Source of the DNA: Vairimorpha necatrix
Lineage: Eukaryota
Direction of reading: 5' to 3'
Length of the DNA stretch: 64,000 nucleotides
NCBI GenBank assembly: GCA_036630325.1
Contig: CP142726.1
Span: 310,001-374,000 of the forward strand
The position numbers and the translations under genes were made by a program. Of the stretch, positions 1 through 12,045 are shown one piece after another (within the stretch, counting starts at the first letter, position 1; every line of letters begins with the position of its first letter). The notes beneath the pieces are model-generated. The model did no database searches. It had not been told where the DNA came from and saw only the letters and a list, made by a program, of their open reading frames with translations.

Positions 1-580
1 GTTCTAAATTATTTTTGTCTGATTAAAGAAAAGCTTATGTCAAGGAGTAATAGAAAGAGATATGAAACAATTTTAGGATTTGTATTTAAAAATTATATTG
101 ACATTGACGCAGAAGAGATTTTATTTTGGAATGTTTATGAACGAGTATTAAATAAGTTACCAAGAACTACGAATAGTTTAGAAGGATTTCATAGATCGCT
201 TGATAATCTTTTTACTGTAGCAAATCCAGATTTGGGTGTTTTTGGAGAAAAGTAACATGAGGAGCAATTGAAAAGCAGGCAAAAAATTCTACGCGCTTAT
301 TACAAGTCTTTTAAAGTAAATGACAAGTGTAAAAAATATATAAGAGAAAAATATATATATGATATTGTATCCAATTTGAAACCATAGACGCGCTTGATTA
401 TTTATTTCAAATTTCATCTACTCTTGAATACCCTTTTACATTATTAAACTAATATTAGTTATTTGGTTTAGTTTTATTGTTTTTTTATATTATTTATTTA
501 TTTTTTTTTATTTATTTATTTATTTATTTTTATTTATTTATTTATTTATTTTTTTTTTTTATTTATTTATTTATTTATTT

Positions 581-612
<32 letters not shown>

Positions 613-760
613 TTTTTTTTATTTTTTTTATTTTTTTATTTTTTTATTTTTTTATTTTTTTATTTTTTTATTTTTTTATTTTTTTATTTTTTTATTTTTT
701 TATTTTTTTTAGGCCGAAAGACCGATTTTTCGGCCTAAGGCCGAAAAATCGGTCAGCCCC
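1..760 (+). mobile_element. MULE (Mutator-like) DNA transposon, 3' part: decayed transposase C-terminus, T-rich tract and palindromic right end
   Basis: ORF 37-255 has FWNVYER..LPRTTNSLEGFHRSL (MULE RTNN.xEG.H motif). Ends in the palindrome GACCGATTTTTCGGCC-TAA-GGCCGAAAAATCGGTC followed by AGCCCC (720-760). Confidence 0.75.
470..710. repeat. Low-complexity (T4-8A)n tract inside the MULE end
   Basis: Directly visible TTTA/TTTTTTTA repeats. Confidence 0.95.
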
Positions 761-779
761 AAGAACACAACAAAATTAT

Positions 780-1124
780 AAATTTCAAATGATAATTTAA
801 TGCCAGGTAAAAAGCTGTTTTTTTGCCCTGCATTCTTGTCTCATACACCTATAAACTAATCTTTCCTTTCCCCTTTCCAATAATATTGTAAGCTTTGCAA
901 CAACACGATCACAAGAACCACATCGTCTAATCAAATTAATAATTCCAGTCTTTATCATGTAGTAATTACATGAGGCAAGACTGGAAAACAAAGGATGTCT
1001 ATAATTATAAAAGTTTTTTTTTGTCATTTTTGGGTCTTTTTTAAAAAAAATAAAAATTATTAATTTTTGCTTTTCTCCGTTTTGCTGCCCCATTTTTTTG
1101 GGGGCAGCAAAACGGAGAAGCGCC
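780..1124 (-). mobile_element. Merlin/ISXO2-like transposon, 5' fragment (terminal palindrome plus N-terminal zinc ribbon)
   Basis: Minus strand starts GGCGCTTCTCCGTTTTGCTGCCCC with internal inverted copy. ORF 797-1093 has CGSC...YRCMRQECR, like the N-termini of the Merlin ORFs at 24794-25153 and 40320-40619. Confidence 0.6.
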
Positions 1125-1622
1125 GCAAATATATATTCAACTAGGTTGTGACCTGCAGATACTTTTTGTTTGATAATTTAATACATGAACAAGTCGTTTT
1201 TCGCTTTTGGGTGCGTCTTAATACGTTATGTTTATCCTCAAATGGTGAATCACACAAGTTTCATCTGATCAATTTTATGATTTTTGTGTACATGTTCAGC
1301 ATCTAATTCGTTTCGAATGCAATATGGAAAGTAGAAATATTATAATGTTGTCGGTATTCAGACCCAGTTATTGTCAATGGAAGCTCATAACAGACCACTG
1401 CGATAAGGAAATCTAGCATTATACATCGAAGAAGTTTCTAGTAAAAACAATCAAAAGGCGCTAATCAATTTATAGGTCAGTTAATTTCATAAAAGGATGC
1501 GAGGATGTAGTAAACTATAAAAATATAAAGTATATCAAAAATACATTAAAATGAAGAAAATTGATGGATAAAAAATCCAAATAAAATTTATATAAAATAA
1601 AAAAAAAACTTTAGAAAAAAAC

Positions 1623-2207
1623 GGTACATGATCTTTTGGATTCCGCTTTGAAATTTCAAAGGACTCCCTTTCAAAAAATGGCAAAATTCGCAAAAACAAT
1701 GTTTGTTGAGGCAGATGAGCTTTTTATTGATGAAATGAATTTATAGGTGGCAAACAAAGAAAAGTTTATTTTGAAAACATTTGATGCTGACTCTGCGCGA
1801 GCCTTGCTCGTTTCTCTAAAAAGCAAAAATACTGCTATTTTCTTGAGGCAATACAAAATAATGTATAACCTGTATAATTATGATCTCTAATCAATGGATA
1901 GAATATGAAGCCACATGAGACAAGCAAAGAATGGATACACAGTACTTTGAATCATTGTATCAACGCTGTAAACCCTAGCGATTCCGAGACACAATACCAA
2001 ATAATTTAATTGGTTTTATTTCATTTTTAAAAAAAAATATTCATCTATACATGGAATAAACCAGGACGAACACTATAAGCACCTTTTACAGTTACTCTGG
2101 ATTTCCAAATCCATAAAAATCATCGGATAAATCGTCAAGTCTTTAGTTTTATAATTTTTTTCCTATTTTATGAATTTTTCAAAGCGGGTTCCAAACGGTC
2201 ATGTACC
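1623..2207 (+). mobile_element. Internally deleted Merlin/ISXO2-like element
   Basis: Imperfect ~36 bp TIRs (GGTACATGATCTTTTGGATTCCGCTTTGAAA vs reverse complement GGTACATGACCGTTTGGAACCCGCTTTGAAA). 8-bp TSD AAAAAAAC (1615-1622, 2208-2215). Degenerate NH..VNP motif near 1950. Confidence 0.75.
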
Positions 2208-2329
2208 AAAAAAACTTATATTCAGAAAAGAGAAGCACAAAAATTAAAGATTAAAAGATATGCTAGTAATAATTTATTTATAATAAAAAGATAAATATCA
2301 AAAAATATATCGCGAAATCAAATAATTTC

Positions 2330-2895
2330 AAAGTACGGTCATTAAGGATTGAGTACAAAATTAACCCAATTGTATTGTGACCTTTAATAAAGAAAAGATG
2401 GAATTTGAATTAATAACATCTAGAAGATTTGAACAGTAATGTTTATAGTTGTTTTGAAAAAAGCACCCGCGGAATGTTGCATAATATTTTGCATAAACGC
2501 AAATGTACAATGTATCTCAAATAAAAAGCTAGTAACCCAAAAAAATAGTCTTCACAAAAGATTTTATATTTGTGTACAGGTTGAAGAATATAGGATACTT
2601 TCCTGAGAAGAGAAATCTAAATTTGCTGGCAATTCGCATCTGACGACCCCATTTAAAGACAGATCTTGTAGGACGAGCAATTAAATATTTAAAAAACAAT
2701 AAATAAAAACTATAAGAACAAATAATGAATGGATCTAGTATAATTACTACTATTAGCATCACCGAAATAAACACTTATTAATTTCTGAGATAAGATAGTC
2801 CCTATCAATATTCCTATTTGTGATATTTGTCGAACTAAATATAGACCAAGATCTAATGATTACGAATTCGGGCCTCGAATAAAAGGAGGGGAAGT
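2330..2895 (+). mobile_element. Highly decayed LTR-retrotransposon integrase remnant with polypurine tract
   Basis: Fragmentary peptides (VQCISNK, KTDLVG, IRTNNE) and purine tract AAAGGAGGGGAAG at ~2881-2894. Confidence 0.3.
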
Positions 2896-3586
2896 TTATA
2901 AAAACAAGGGGCAAAATCAAAAATTATAATAAAATTGCAACATAAATATATTTATCGTAAAATGTAAATAACAATACATGCAAATTATTAAAGTACATGA
3001 TTTTAGAAGCCTTACCGTAGGTCGCATATATAAAACCGCTTGAAATATAATCACGGGATAAAAATTTCATAAAATGTGATTTAAGAATAGGATATCGTAG
3101 TCATATCCGAATGATTTACATACAAATATAGTTTGAAATAATTATTGCGATGTGAGTAAAAAGATTGTAGAGTAGTTTAAGTTTAACTTAAACCAAATAT
3201 TTGATTTTAGTATATATTCCTTTTAAAGATGTAAATAGCCTCTGTAGATAAATACTGCAGTTTGAATTCTAAATATTTTCTTTCAAATGCCAGAAGAGAA
3301 TATTTACTGAGCAATCATAATTTGATTGGTATGCAAATTACTCTACGTAAATTTCGTGATACATTATTAAATATATTAATTTTAAATTTTAGCACAAGAA
3401 AACATAAATGCGTACAATAAAAAATAAACACAATCTAAGATTCCATATTTCATTTTTTTTAAACCCCGCTAAAATTATCCAAATACGTGACTCGACGGCA
3501 AAAATAACCCCGCTTTTGTTCTTACTACCGATAACGAATTCGCCTGATTGTTTCTAGTTTCGTTTCAAAATTGTAAAATAATCGTC

Positions 3587-3588
<2 letters not shown>

Positions 3589-3618
<30 letters not shown>
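3589..3618. repeat. (AT)n microsatellite
   Basis: About 15 AT repeats. Confidence 0.95.
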
Positions 3619-3622
<4 letters not shown>

Positions 3623-3757
3623 ATTTCCGCTTAAAATATCTTTAAACAAAAGGATTTATTGTTTTATTTTTCAATGATAGATCTAATTTTTTGCTCTTTA
3701 AAATACATACTTTTATAAGCACATTTTCGATGTGTAATCTTTAACTCATATTCTCAT

Positions 3758-4491
3758 TGTTGAGAATATATATTAAAAAAATTAACCCATAACTTACAAT
3801 TATCCTTAACATGGTGGAGAATATGGATCGAACCCAAACAAAAGAAGAGGTTGTAAGTCCCTTCAGGGCATGGGACGTAAAAATGCAGTATATGTTAGAA
3901 TGGGGTTGGTTGGTTGAAAACAGAAGAAAAGGTGATGGCTTGCATCAGTCGAGGGACCCGGATAGGAGAAGATGAGGAGGTGCAATGACCCGCTTTTATG
4001 AAATTGTATTAACTGTAATATAAACTAGCATAAGAGTTGTCGAGATTGAGTGTAAGGGTAATCTCGCCATTCACATAAAAGCTACCGTGGCATGATAGCT
4101 GAACCACCAGTGTTCAAAAATCCAGAGAGATTTAAAAGAGAAAAAATCAAAAAGAAATTGTGTTGTAGTTATAGAATGAGATATACCGATAAAATCCGGT
4201 TTCATTGTTGGGAGACATGTGTAAAGAAAAGTCTCATGCCCATAGACTTTATGTATTTGTACAGGAAAAAAAGTACCGTAAAGACCAATACAAGAAGGGA
4301 TAGTAAGACGCAAAAGAGTAAAGCGCAGCCCATGGTCAATTAACTTAAACAAATGCACTTTTATTTTGAAAGCCAAGTATTAGGCGTAGGAAGTTGTAAA
4401 GATAATTACACCGCTCAGTTCTAAATTTAGCGCGGGAATGTTGAGAATATATATTTAATAAATAACCCTTTACCTACAATTATTATTAACA
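3758..4491 (+). mobile_element. TRIM-like miniature LTR retroelement with 53-54 bp LTRs
   Basis: LTRs TGTTGAGAATATATATT...TTAACA at 3758-3811 and 4439-4491. 5-bp TSD CTCAT. PBS TGGTGGAGAAT directly after the 5' LTR. Purine-rich run before the 3' LTR. Degenerate gag zinc-knuckle (CINCN..H). Confidence 0.85.
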
Positions 4492-5019
4492 CTCATATTA
4501 ATGTGCAGATGATCTAACTATAAATGGTTTTGCGTACATGAAGTAAATAAGATATAACCGAACAAAATTTCTAACTATGTATGAACCTATGTTTGTTTTC
4601 TTATTTTTCAGATGTAAAATCCATTAATGATGATTTTCATTTTTTGCCAGTTACAATCTTTTCACGAGGGTTTCAAACGATTTAGTCGTATTTTTATCTG
4701 TTGGACTGTATTAATCTTTATGTATTTAATAGTCGCTTAATTTATCATACGTAATTTTTTTACTCTTCTTGCATATTAGATCTGTTGCTCGTGCATCGTT
4801 AATTTGACAGAACTTTAATAATTGGAGATTTGTTTGTTCACTTCTAGTCTCAGTAATTAACTTTCTGCTTAAGTGTTAGTTCTTTGGAGTTAGTATTTGT
4901 CTTACACCATGTATGTATTCGGAGGCCATCGTTTTATAGGTTGACTATTTTTGTCTAACACGAACCTTATCTGATTTAAAGCCTTAACTTTTTATGAATA
5001 AGTAATAAGTATGTTTATA

Positions 5020-5450
5020 GATTTGTTTATTTAATGTTTATATTTACTGCGGACATCTTTAGTATATAATTTTTCCTTGAAGCTATATTTGTGTTACTTT
5101 TATTCTTCAATTTACTATACATCCGCGCACTCTAGCTGGCTGAACTATCCTCTAGCTACCTCTACTATGTTCTTGGTTTTAAATCCTCTTTCGCAGTGTC
5201 TCGCCGGTGTTCAAAGGAGATGCGCTCTAGTGTCTTTTTTATAATTCTCATTGGATGTAGGCTTCGGTACTTGTCGATAGGCCAAGTGCATTGATAAGGT
5301 GATGTGGTATTTTGTCACAATTCCGTCACATGTCATGAAAGTAGTATTATTTTCATTTGTAAGTTAGACACAGTTCATTTGCTAAGATATCGTACTTTGT
5401 GAGTTTTTCCTGTTCTACTTTCTCTAAATTATCCTGGGGGTTAGACATCT
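5020..5450 (-). mobile_element. 3' fragment of an RLE-type non-LTR retrotransposon (also at ~26630-27060 and ~56820-57250)
   Basis: Minus-strand peptides MTCDGIVTKYH...LGLSTSTEAYIQ..KKTLERISFEHRR match the C-terminus of the element at 15985-19550 (TWD.VT.YHRKY). Confidence 0.6.
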
Positions 5451-5825
5451 TGAATAATAAGCATTAATTTCTAGATGATGCTAACACAAAGAAATTTCTT
5501 TTTCAACCAATAGTTCCTTAATTATCGTTTTATGCTTGTAGATTTTCTACACTTTTAGTTCTCTTTTTCCGTGTTTAAAATAGTTGTTATATTTGCAGAT
5601 AAATGTATTTTCGGATATGATATATTTTGGGTTTACTTGGCAGTTAATATATACTAAAGATACTATAGTTTTTTCATAATTCTAAAGGAAACAATATAAA
5701 CATTTTACTTATTGAAGAAAATGATTTTTTTTTGATATATAATTCTTATTTTCAAAAACTAATGGCTAGTAGACAAAAGAGGAATATTGTTACAAAAAGA
5801 GTGGCATTATAATTACCTCAAACAA

Positions 5826-5995
5826 ATAATTTCCCCCCTTTTTGGAAATAGACCATTCGAACGGTCTATTCCAAAAATTAATTATTTATATAAATTTTAC
5901 CCCCAGCCCACAGAATTCAACATGAAGAAAACTATAAAAATGTTCTTAACATATACCCTTGGAATACTAAACCAAGGAAATCAGGAACGCTAGGG
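5826..5995 (+). repeat. Hairpin-ended element (probable DNA-transposon 5' end), left copy in unit A; also at ~27447-27612 and ~57634-57810
   Basis: TTTTGGAAATAGACC-ATTCGAAC-GGTCTATTCCAAAAA palindrome followed by CCCC..ATG. Inverted homologue at 11350-11500 and solo copy at 44092-44270. Confidence 0.6.
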
Positions 5996-6112
5996 ATAAT
6001 TCAATTCCTTTATTGTGCACAACGGAGTCAAGTAAAGACTAAAAAACAGTTTCAATTTCATCGTTGAAATCAGCTCAAAAGTAGCATATGTTTTTCGTCA
6101 AAATCAATATAA

Positions 6113-6995
6113 ATGTAAAAAAGGATTCTCGATTTTATTAAAAAAAATAATGAAAACTACAATAGGCACCTTGAAGATTTCGAAATCGACGAAATCTTCA
6201 AGACCTATTTGAAAGTGCACAAGGTTTTCGATGAGGCCCTTCTAATTGGGCACATCGAAAATTTCCAAAATGAAAAAAAACTCCAGGAGCCGAACACCCC
6301 AAGAGGTCGAAAGCGCTAAAAACTGGAGGCAGCCACGAAGGGCCAGTGTCTGTTCAGAGAGAATCATCCCTAATGATTTCTCTTCTGTAAGCTTCCCTAA
6401 GACCAGGGAGACCTTCAAATTTCTAAATAATGTCTTGATCTCTGACATTCCCTTTGGGCTCCTGACGCCAAGGCAGAAAGACAAGCTCATTGACATCATG
6501 GAATGTGTCGATGTAGAAGAAAGGGAGTCTTAATTAGGGAATGCGAAAAGGGCAGTACTATGTATGTGGTAGATGAAGGCATTTTTGATGTTTACATTAA
6601 AAATGTAAGAATCAAGTCCCTTGAAAGAGGTGACATTTTTGGAGAAATTGCTCTATTTCACAATATTAACAGGACTGCCACTGTTATTAGTAGAGTTAAA
6701 TCAAAAATTTGGGTCATAGAACAGAAGATGTTTGGAGGCCTGAGGGCCTCCGACAGAAATAAGAATAAAGGGATTGTTCTTGACGGAATAACCAAAATGA
6801 AGTTATATCCCGATCTAACTAGGAGAGAACTTGTAAGCTTTGTAAATACCTTGACTTTTGATTATCTAAAAATGGGCAGTACTGCTGATTAAATCACGAC
6901 AAACTTTCTCTTTACATAGCCGGATCAAGCTAAATTAACAAGAAATGTAACAAATAAATTTAGAAGAAAAATATTTGCACATGAGATTAACCGTT
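6113..6995 (+). pseudogene. cAMP-dependent protein kinase regulatory subunit (PKA-R/Bcy1-like) pseudogene, copy A, truncated in the second cNMP domain
   Basis: RRASV inhibitor motif, then cNMP-binding domain (LIRE.EKGSTMYVVDEG...FGEIALFHNINRTATV). Codon 2 is TAA, with a frameshift at ~6525. Confidence 0.85.
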
Positions 6996-9972
6996 AAACT
7001 TTCCATATTTTAATAAATTCCTAAATAATTATTTGTTGTATATTATTTAAGTCTATTTGTGTCATCGTAAACTGTAGTATTTCTTAACTTCCCTTCGCAA
7101 TTGCTATTAGCATCTTCTGGGTTATCTCTTCTACAAAGCTATACCTAATCCTTAGATACTCGTAATTGTAAACAAGTAAGATTTGCTCTCTTCCTCTACT
7201 TTAAGTATCGCTGCCCGTTGAAGTAAGCTATTTCTAGATCCATCTAATGTTTATTAAATATTCAGAAGCATACTTTCGCTTCTATCTTCGCACATATGAG
7301 GTTTAAACCCATTTCGGATCTAGAAAGGTATAGTCTTTCCTTGCAGGCTGGCCGAAGATGGACCTTGTACTTGATAAGTACCTGTCGTATATCAAAATCA
7401 AGACTTTTATAATCTGTTGGTTCTAAATTTAATAATCTTACATGATAGTTTATTTCTGATATTGCATGCTGGTTATAGCTCGAATTATATTCTTACCATT
7501 TAATTGAATCTTGCACAGTTTTTCAACCCTCTGTAAGATCTCTTTTCTTACTTTTTCAAAAGTCTCTCTTTCGACAGCACTAGAGGCATCCTCTGTTTTT
7601 CCAGGGTATTTGTATCTTTTATGTCCTTCTAGTACTACTGCATCTTCGCTACGTTAAATACAGTTAGTCCCAGACTTACACTTGTTCATTTCTAAACCTA
7701 TAGCTTAGAAAACCTTTTGTGTTTCCTCATTCATCAGTTTTTAAACGACGTCGTTCTCTGCGAGGTGCAAATATCATCAATAAATAGAAGATGGTGCGTT
7801 ACATAGACACTTTCGTGAATCTGTATTTCTACTTTTGGGTAAGTTGAATTCAATTTCCTGCTCAACGGCTCCATACATAGTACGGACAAAAGCCGCGACA
7901 AGGAATCCCTTGTAATATACCTTCTTCAATCTTCTTATTCTGTTTTGTTTCCGATCCTCATTTTATCTCAACGCCACCTTTTAACGGTGGCTTCTGAGAA
8001 TTAACTTTTCCTTTATGCGAAATTAAACTTGATAATACAAGTTAATAGATATAAATTTTCAACGGTGTCGTAGGCTTTTTTACATCTACCCACATAATAT
8101 TTAGCTTGTTTTTATGCTCCTCATTGATTGATATATTCATCAAGCTTGTTCTTCCACCCCTTGGACTTTTCAAACTGTCCCTTGTTGGTTTTCTGCTAGT
8201 AGCCCTCTACTTTCTACAATAGCTGCATTATTTTCGTCGTGCAATATATTCTAAGCTTGTAGAGGTTCGACATACTGGTAATAGGCGTGAAGTCATTACC
8301 ACTAGATGGGTACCTTTGGGTATAAAAAGAAAACTGCTTGTAGGACCAAGCTTCAGGTTCTTTACCATCCATGCATACTTCCTTAACAATCTTGTAAAGG
8401 AATGGGCGTAGAGCTTCACATTTCTTAATAAAGAAAATGAAGATACCATCACAGCCTGCAGCCTTCCGAATCTGTAAATATTTAATAATATCTACAAATT
8501 TTTGCAAGGTTGGAAAATGATCTGATCTTGGCTATCAAGAATGTTTTTTAGAAAATACGCCTTGAGAATATTGCAGTCTTCGGATTGCTTTTTCTTATTC
8601 CACATGGTAGACCAGAATGAACATATGTCTTCTTTGCTTACATTATGAATAACTTCATTGGCACACTTGAGTTTTCTATTAAAATTGCTTCTATTTAGCT
8701 CAAAAATAATTTTAAGTCTATACTCTCTGCGTCGGTCTCATACCTCTACTTCCTTGAGTATATGGCTTTCTCTCGTTGAGTGCAGCATTAGCTTCAGAAG
8801 TATCTCGGCGTAAACATGCAAGCATGTTGAGTTTACGCATTACCTTCTTAAATTCACGATTTTCTCATTTGAGAGTTTTCAAAGGCCTTGGCCTTTTGAT
8901 AAGCACTACCTTGTCTTCGATCTATGTGATTTTTTTCAAGATACTTTCTGTGATGTACATGACTACATCACATGGGCAACTGTCAAAACCATCAGCTGTC
9001 AAACATCTTAAACGGCATGTGATGATGAGTCACACAAACAAACAAACAAACGAAAGTTGGATGGTCGTTACTACATTTGTAAGTACGCCAATGTTTGTGT
9101 TTAGTGTTGACAACAAATAACAAATTAAAAATAAACTATAAAAGAAAGTCTGTCTGTGAAGGGGATGGAACATCAGAGGAATAGAAACATCATCAATAAA
9201 ACTATTAATATTAACAATATTTTAGAAAGCTATTTTAAATATAGCAAACTCCCGTCTATACAGGACACTTTCCTTTCAAGACGAAGGTTTGGAATTCTTA
9301 CTGGCCATTTCCTAATAGCAGAAAAGTGCAGCTTGCAATATCCTTGCCATCTGGTACATTTATGAGGGGGTGGTATCTAACGTGACTATCTACTGCCTTG
9401 GCTGTGGCATCAAGTTTCAACAGTTCAAATTCGAGGCAGATATTTTCCTCGTTCTTTCTACTTGGCCCACACATGTGTTCTGGATATAACTAAGTTTCTC
9501 CAAGAATCATTTTTGTGCTTTTAGAAAGGGCTCTTGTTCGAAGAGACTATTCCCTTCTTTCAAGCTAATTTCGGCCTTTCGTCTTCTTGTTGGATTCTCT
9601 AAGAATTCCTAGGCCGTCATTTATCTACCGCTATTACTAGTGAGCGCTTTCTTCGCTCTGCCCTTAAATTCTAGTGAACTCATGTTAGACCCAATTTTTT
9701 CGCAAAAGAACTCGGTAGCTTTATTCCACCGTCCTCTTGGCATTCTACAAAATCTATTTATAATTGATAGAAATACTCTTTGAAGCCCATCTTCTTCATT
9801 CGCTTCGGTACTCATAAGTACTGCAACAAGAGTCTATGAAGTGGATTGAGTGGACACATAGTGTTTCCGGACCCTCCTTTCTCAGCTGTGCCTATTTTGC
9901 TCCTTTTCGCATCGGGGTTTGATTTGTTGTTTTTTCGGGGGTTCCCCTGCTCTGTCCTTACCCTCTTTTTGC
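6996..9972 (-). mobile_element. RLE-type non-LTR retrotransposon, 5' end intact, 3'-truncated, decayed (copy A)
   Basis: Reverse-complement match to 15985-18600. RT peptides KAAGCDGIF, SNLYKL, YKYPG. Confidence 0.9.
8949..9267 (+). mobile_element. Solo LTR (319 bp) inserted in the non-LTR element
   Basis: TG...CA ends, 5-bp TSD CTTTC. Absent at the matching site in copies B (30565) and C (60753). Similar to 19758-20115. Confidence 0.85.
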
Positions 9973-10026
9973 TATATAATCAACGCATAAATTTAAAATT
10001 AAATTTATACCCCCACTTTATTAAAT

Positions 10027-11212
10027 ATGACGAGAATGAAGACTAGAGAAGAAAAGGAACAGTTAAAAAAAACTGTTTTCGTGTTATAATTTCATCTTGG
10101 ATAATCATGAGATAACACAGTTATTTTATGATATTTTAAGTAGGGAATGTTATTTTGACAAAAACAATCTACACAAATTCTTGGAAGCTGCAATAAGTTC
10201 ATATAATGATATTCCCTATCATAATGCTAACCATGGGTTCAATGCATTATATAATGGTATATCTTACTGATAGACCAAAATTTGAACGAAAAGCTAGGTT
10301 TATCTTTTTGATTTGCTGCATATTGCATGACATAGGCCATCCAGAATTTAATTTCCGTGGGCATAATAAATTTGAATTGAAAAATCTCCATGGGGATTTT
10401 ATATAGAAATTACTGTCTGAATTTTTACCCGGATATTTGACGGATGAAAATATGAATTTAAAAAGTGAATTAATCTTATTCACAAATTTAATTTAACATA
10501 ATAACGTGCTTGACGCTTTTAAAAGTTAATATACCGGTCGGAATATTAATGGCGTCAAAACACTAAATATTATTTGTGGTCTGTTAGTTTCCCAGCAGAC
10601 CGGGAAGAATGTTTTAAACTATTACTTTTATTATTCTTCATCCCCTTCTGGGCATGAATTTCTTTTATGTTTGTCGGAGGGAAAATATTGTATATTTTCC
10701 CTCCAAAAACATTATCGGGAAAAGGAAAGAATACTTATAGAATAGTGTTCTCTGGTCTCCAGGAATCTTAGGACCACTGGAGAACTGTTCTTGACATTTA
10801 TGATTTCAAAATGTTGATAAAAAAGCACAAATCGGTGCATCGTATAAAAATTTCGATGATTTCATGTGTAGAAGCAGAAAGCTTGAGAAATTAAATCGCG
10901 GAACACGCATAGAAGGCGCTAGAAAAAAAGGCAGTAGAAGTTGAATATTCCTCTTCAATTTTGCCTTACCACGAGCGAGGGGGGGGTTCTAAAGTTTTCA
11001 TAGATTTTAAATTTTTGTATGAAAATTCTATCGAAAAACAAAAAGAATACAATAAGAAAACCTCTTTTTAGATGGGCCTTTTTGTCTGTCTTAAAAGAGC
11101 AAGTGTTTTAGCATTTACAAGCGAATTATACGTGTTTGCCTTGAGTTGTTTTTCTCAATCCTCCTTTTTTAAATGGGAAATGGGTCAAGAGAAGATATAA
11201 AACAACAATATA
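10027..11212 (+). pseudogene. Class I 3',5'-cyclic nucleotide phosphodiesterase pseudogene, copy A
   Basis: NDIPYHN...H and CCILHDIGHP (PDEase_I HD motifs). Multiple frameshifts and stops, plus a solo-LTR insertion. Confidence 0.85.
10575..10796. mobile_element. Solo-LTR-like insertion (222 bp) in PDE copy A
   Basis: TGTGGTCTG...CTTGACA. Absent in PDE copies B and C, present in D. TSD imperfect (TTATT/TTTAT). Confidence 0.7.
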
Positions 11213-11349
11213 AAGCATTTTTTTAGTAATGCAACAATAAAACTTTTAGTTTGTTCGTAACACAGAGGAAGTACCTCTGAGTGCACAGATTTATATTAGA
11301 CCTGACGGCCCTTCATTTAATTATGTTATTTAGCACTTTTTCGTGCTGT

Positions 11350-11500
11350 TAATTTCCCTGGTAAAAAAAGCTTTTTTTGCTCTTGTTTTCCAAGGAAATT
11401 GTTGACAGATTTTTGGATTCACATGTGGGGAGGGGCTGAAAATAAATAAATAGTAAATTTTCGGAATAAGGCGGTCGAATGGTCTATTTTTTAAAAAATT
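11350..11500 (-). repeat. Hairpin-ended element, inverted right copy in unit A; also at ~32400-32545, ~53290-53445 and ~62580-62735
   Basis: Reverse complement AAAATAGACCATTCGACCGCCTTATTCCGAAAATTT...CCCCACATG...CTTGGAAAACAA...CCAGGGAAATT matches the left copy. Confidence 0.6.
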
Positions 11501-11714
11501 ATAGCTTATTAATTAAACTAAATAATGTGAGAAGCATATAGCACAAATTTTTTTCTCATATATCAATATAAAAAAAGAATAATGTTTATCAAATGACCAT
11601 GTGTTTTTCTATTTGATAGATTTTCCCAAGGCGATATATTGTCCTACACGAAAAATTATAATACAATTATCAAAGATTTTTGTTTCAAATATTTCACAAT
11701 ATAAACAGGTGCTA

Positions 11715-12045
11715 GATAAGTTCTAAATGTATTTCTTCTTTTTAATCTGTCTATAGAGCTCGATTAAACATGTAATTCTATATAAGAATTTTATATTTGC
11801 AATTTTGATTATCTAAGTGTAAACAGGAGTTGTTGAATATTCAAAAATTTTTGAGACATTTTCTTTCCTCCGTTTAAACGAAGGACGCGAGGAACAGCCT
11901 CTTATAAAATGGTAAGTGCTACACCCGTCGTTATGCAATCTTCTACGATGTGCATTTTTGTTATATATCCACAAGAAAGGAAAACGAAAATACAGTAACT
12001 AGATTAATATCACAAACAACCTTCTTTCAAGACAAAAAATGCACA
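11715..12045 (-). pseudogene. Unknown small protein gene/pseudogene present in all four duplication units (best preserved at 32764-33027)
   Basis: 87-aa ORF in unit B. Homologous, partly disrupted sequence in A, D (~53660-53990) and C (~62950-63290). No recognisable family. Confidence 0.3.

Noticed and set aside
477..800. 107-aa Phe/Ile/Tyr-rich ORF resembling a membrane protein
   Set aside because: Translation of a low-complexity T-rich tract.
5020..5450. Missing 3' end of the 6996-9972 element, implying PKA-R was inserted into it
   Set aside because: The fragment is much more diverged from the 15985-19550 reference than the 6996-9972 copy is, so it is a different subfamily.
6510..6535. 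Programmed frameshift joining the two PKA-R ORFs
   Set aside because: Copy B is in frame here, so this is a shared deletion, and there is no canonical slippery heptamer.
8776..9120. Plus-strand ORFs over the non-LTR copies (also 30396, 30903, 60585, 61092)
   Set aside because: Antisense shadows of retrotransposon coding sequence.
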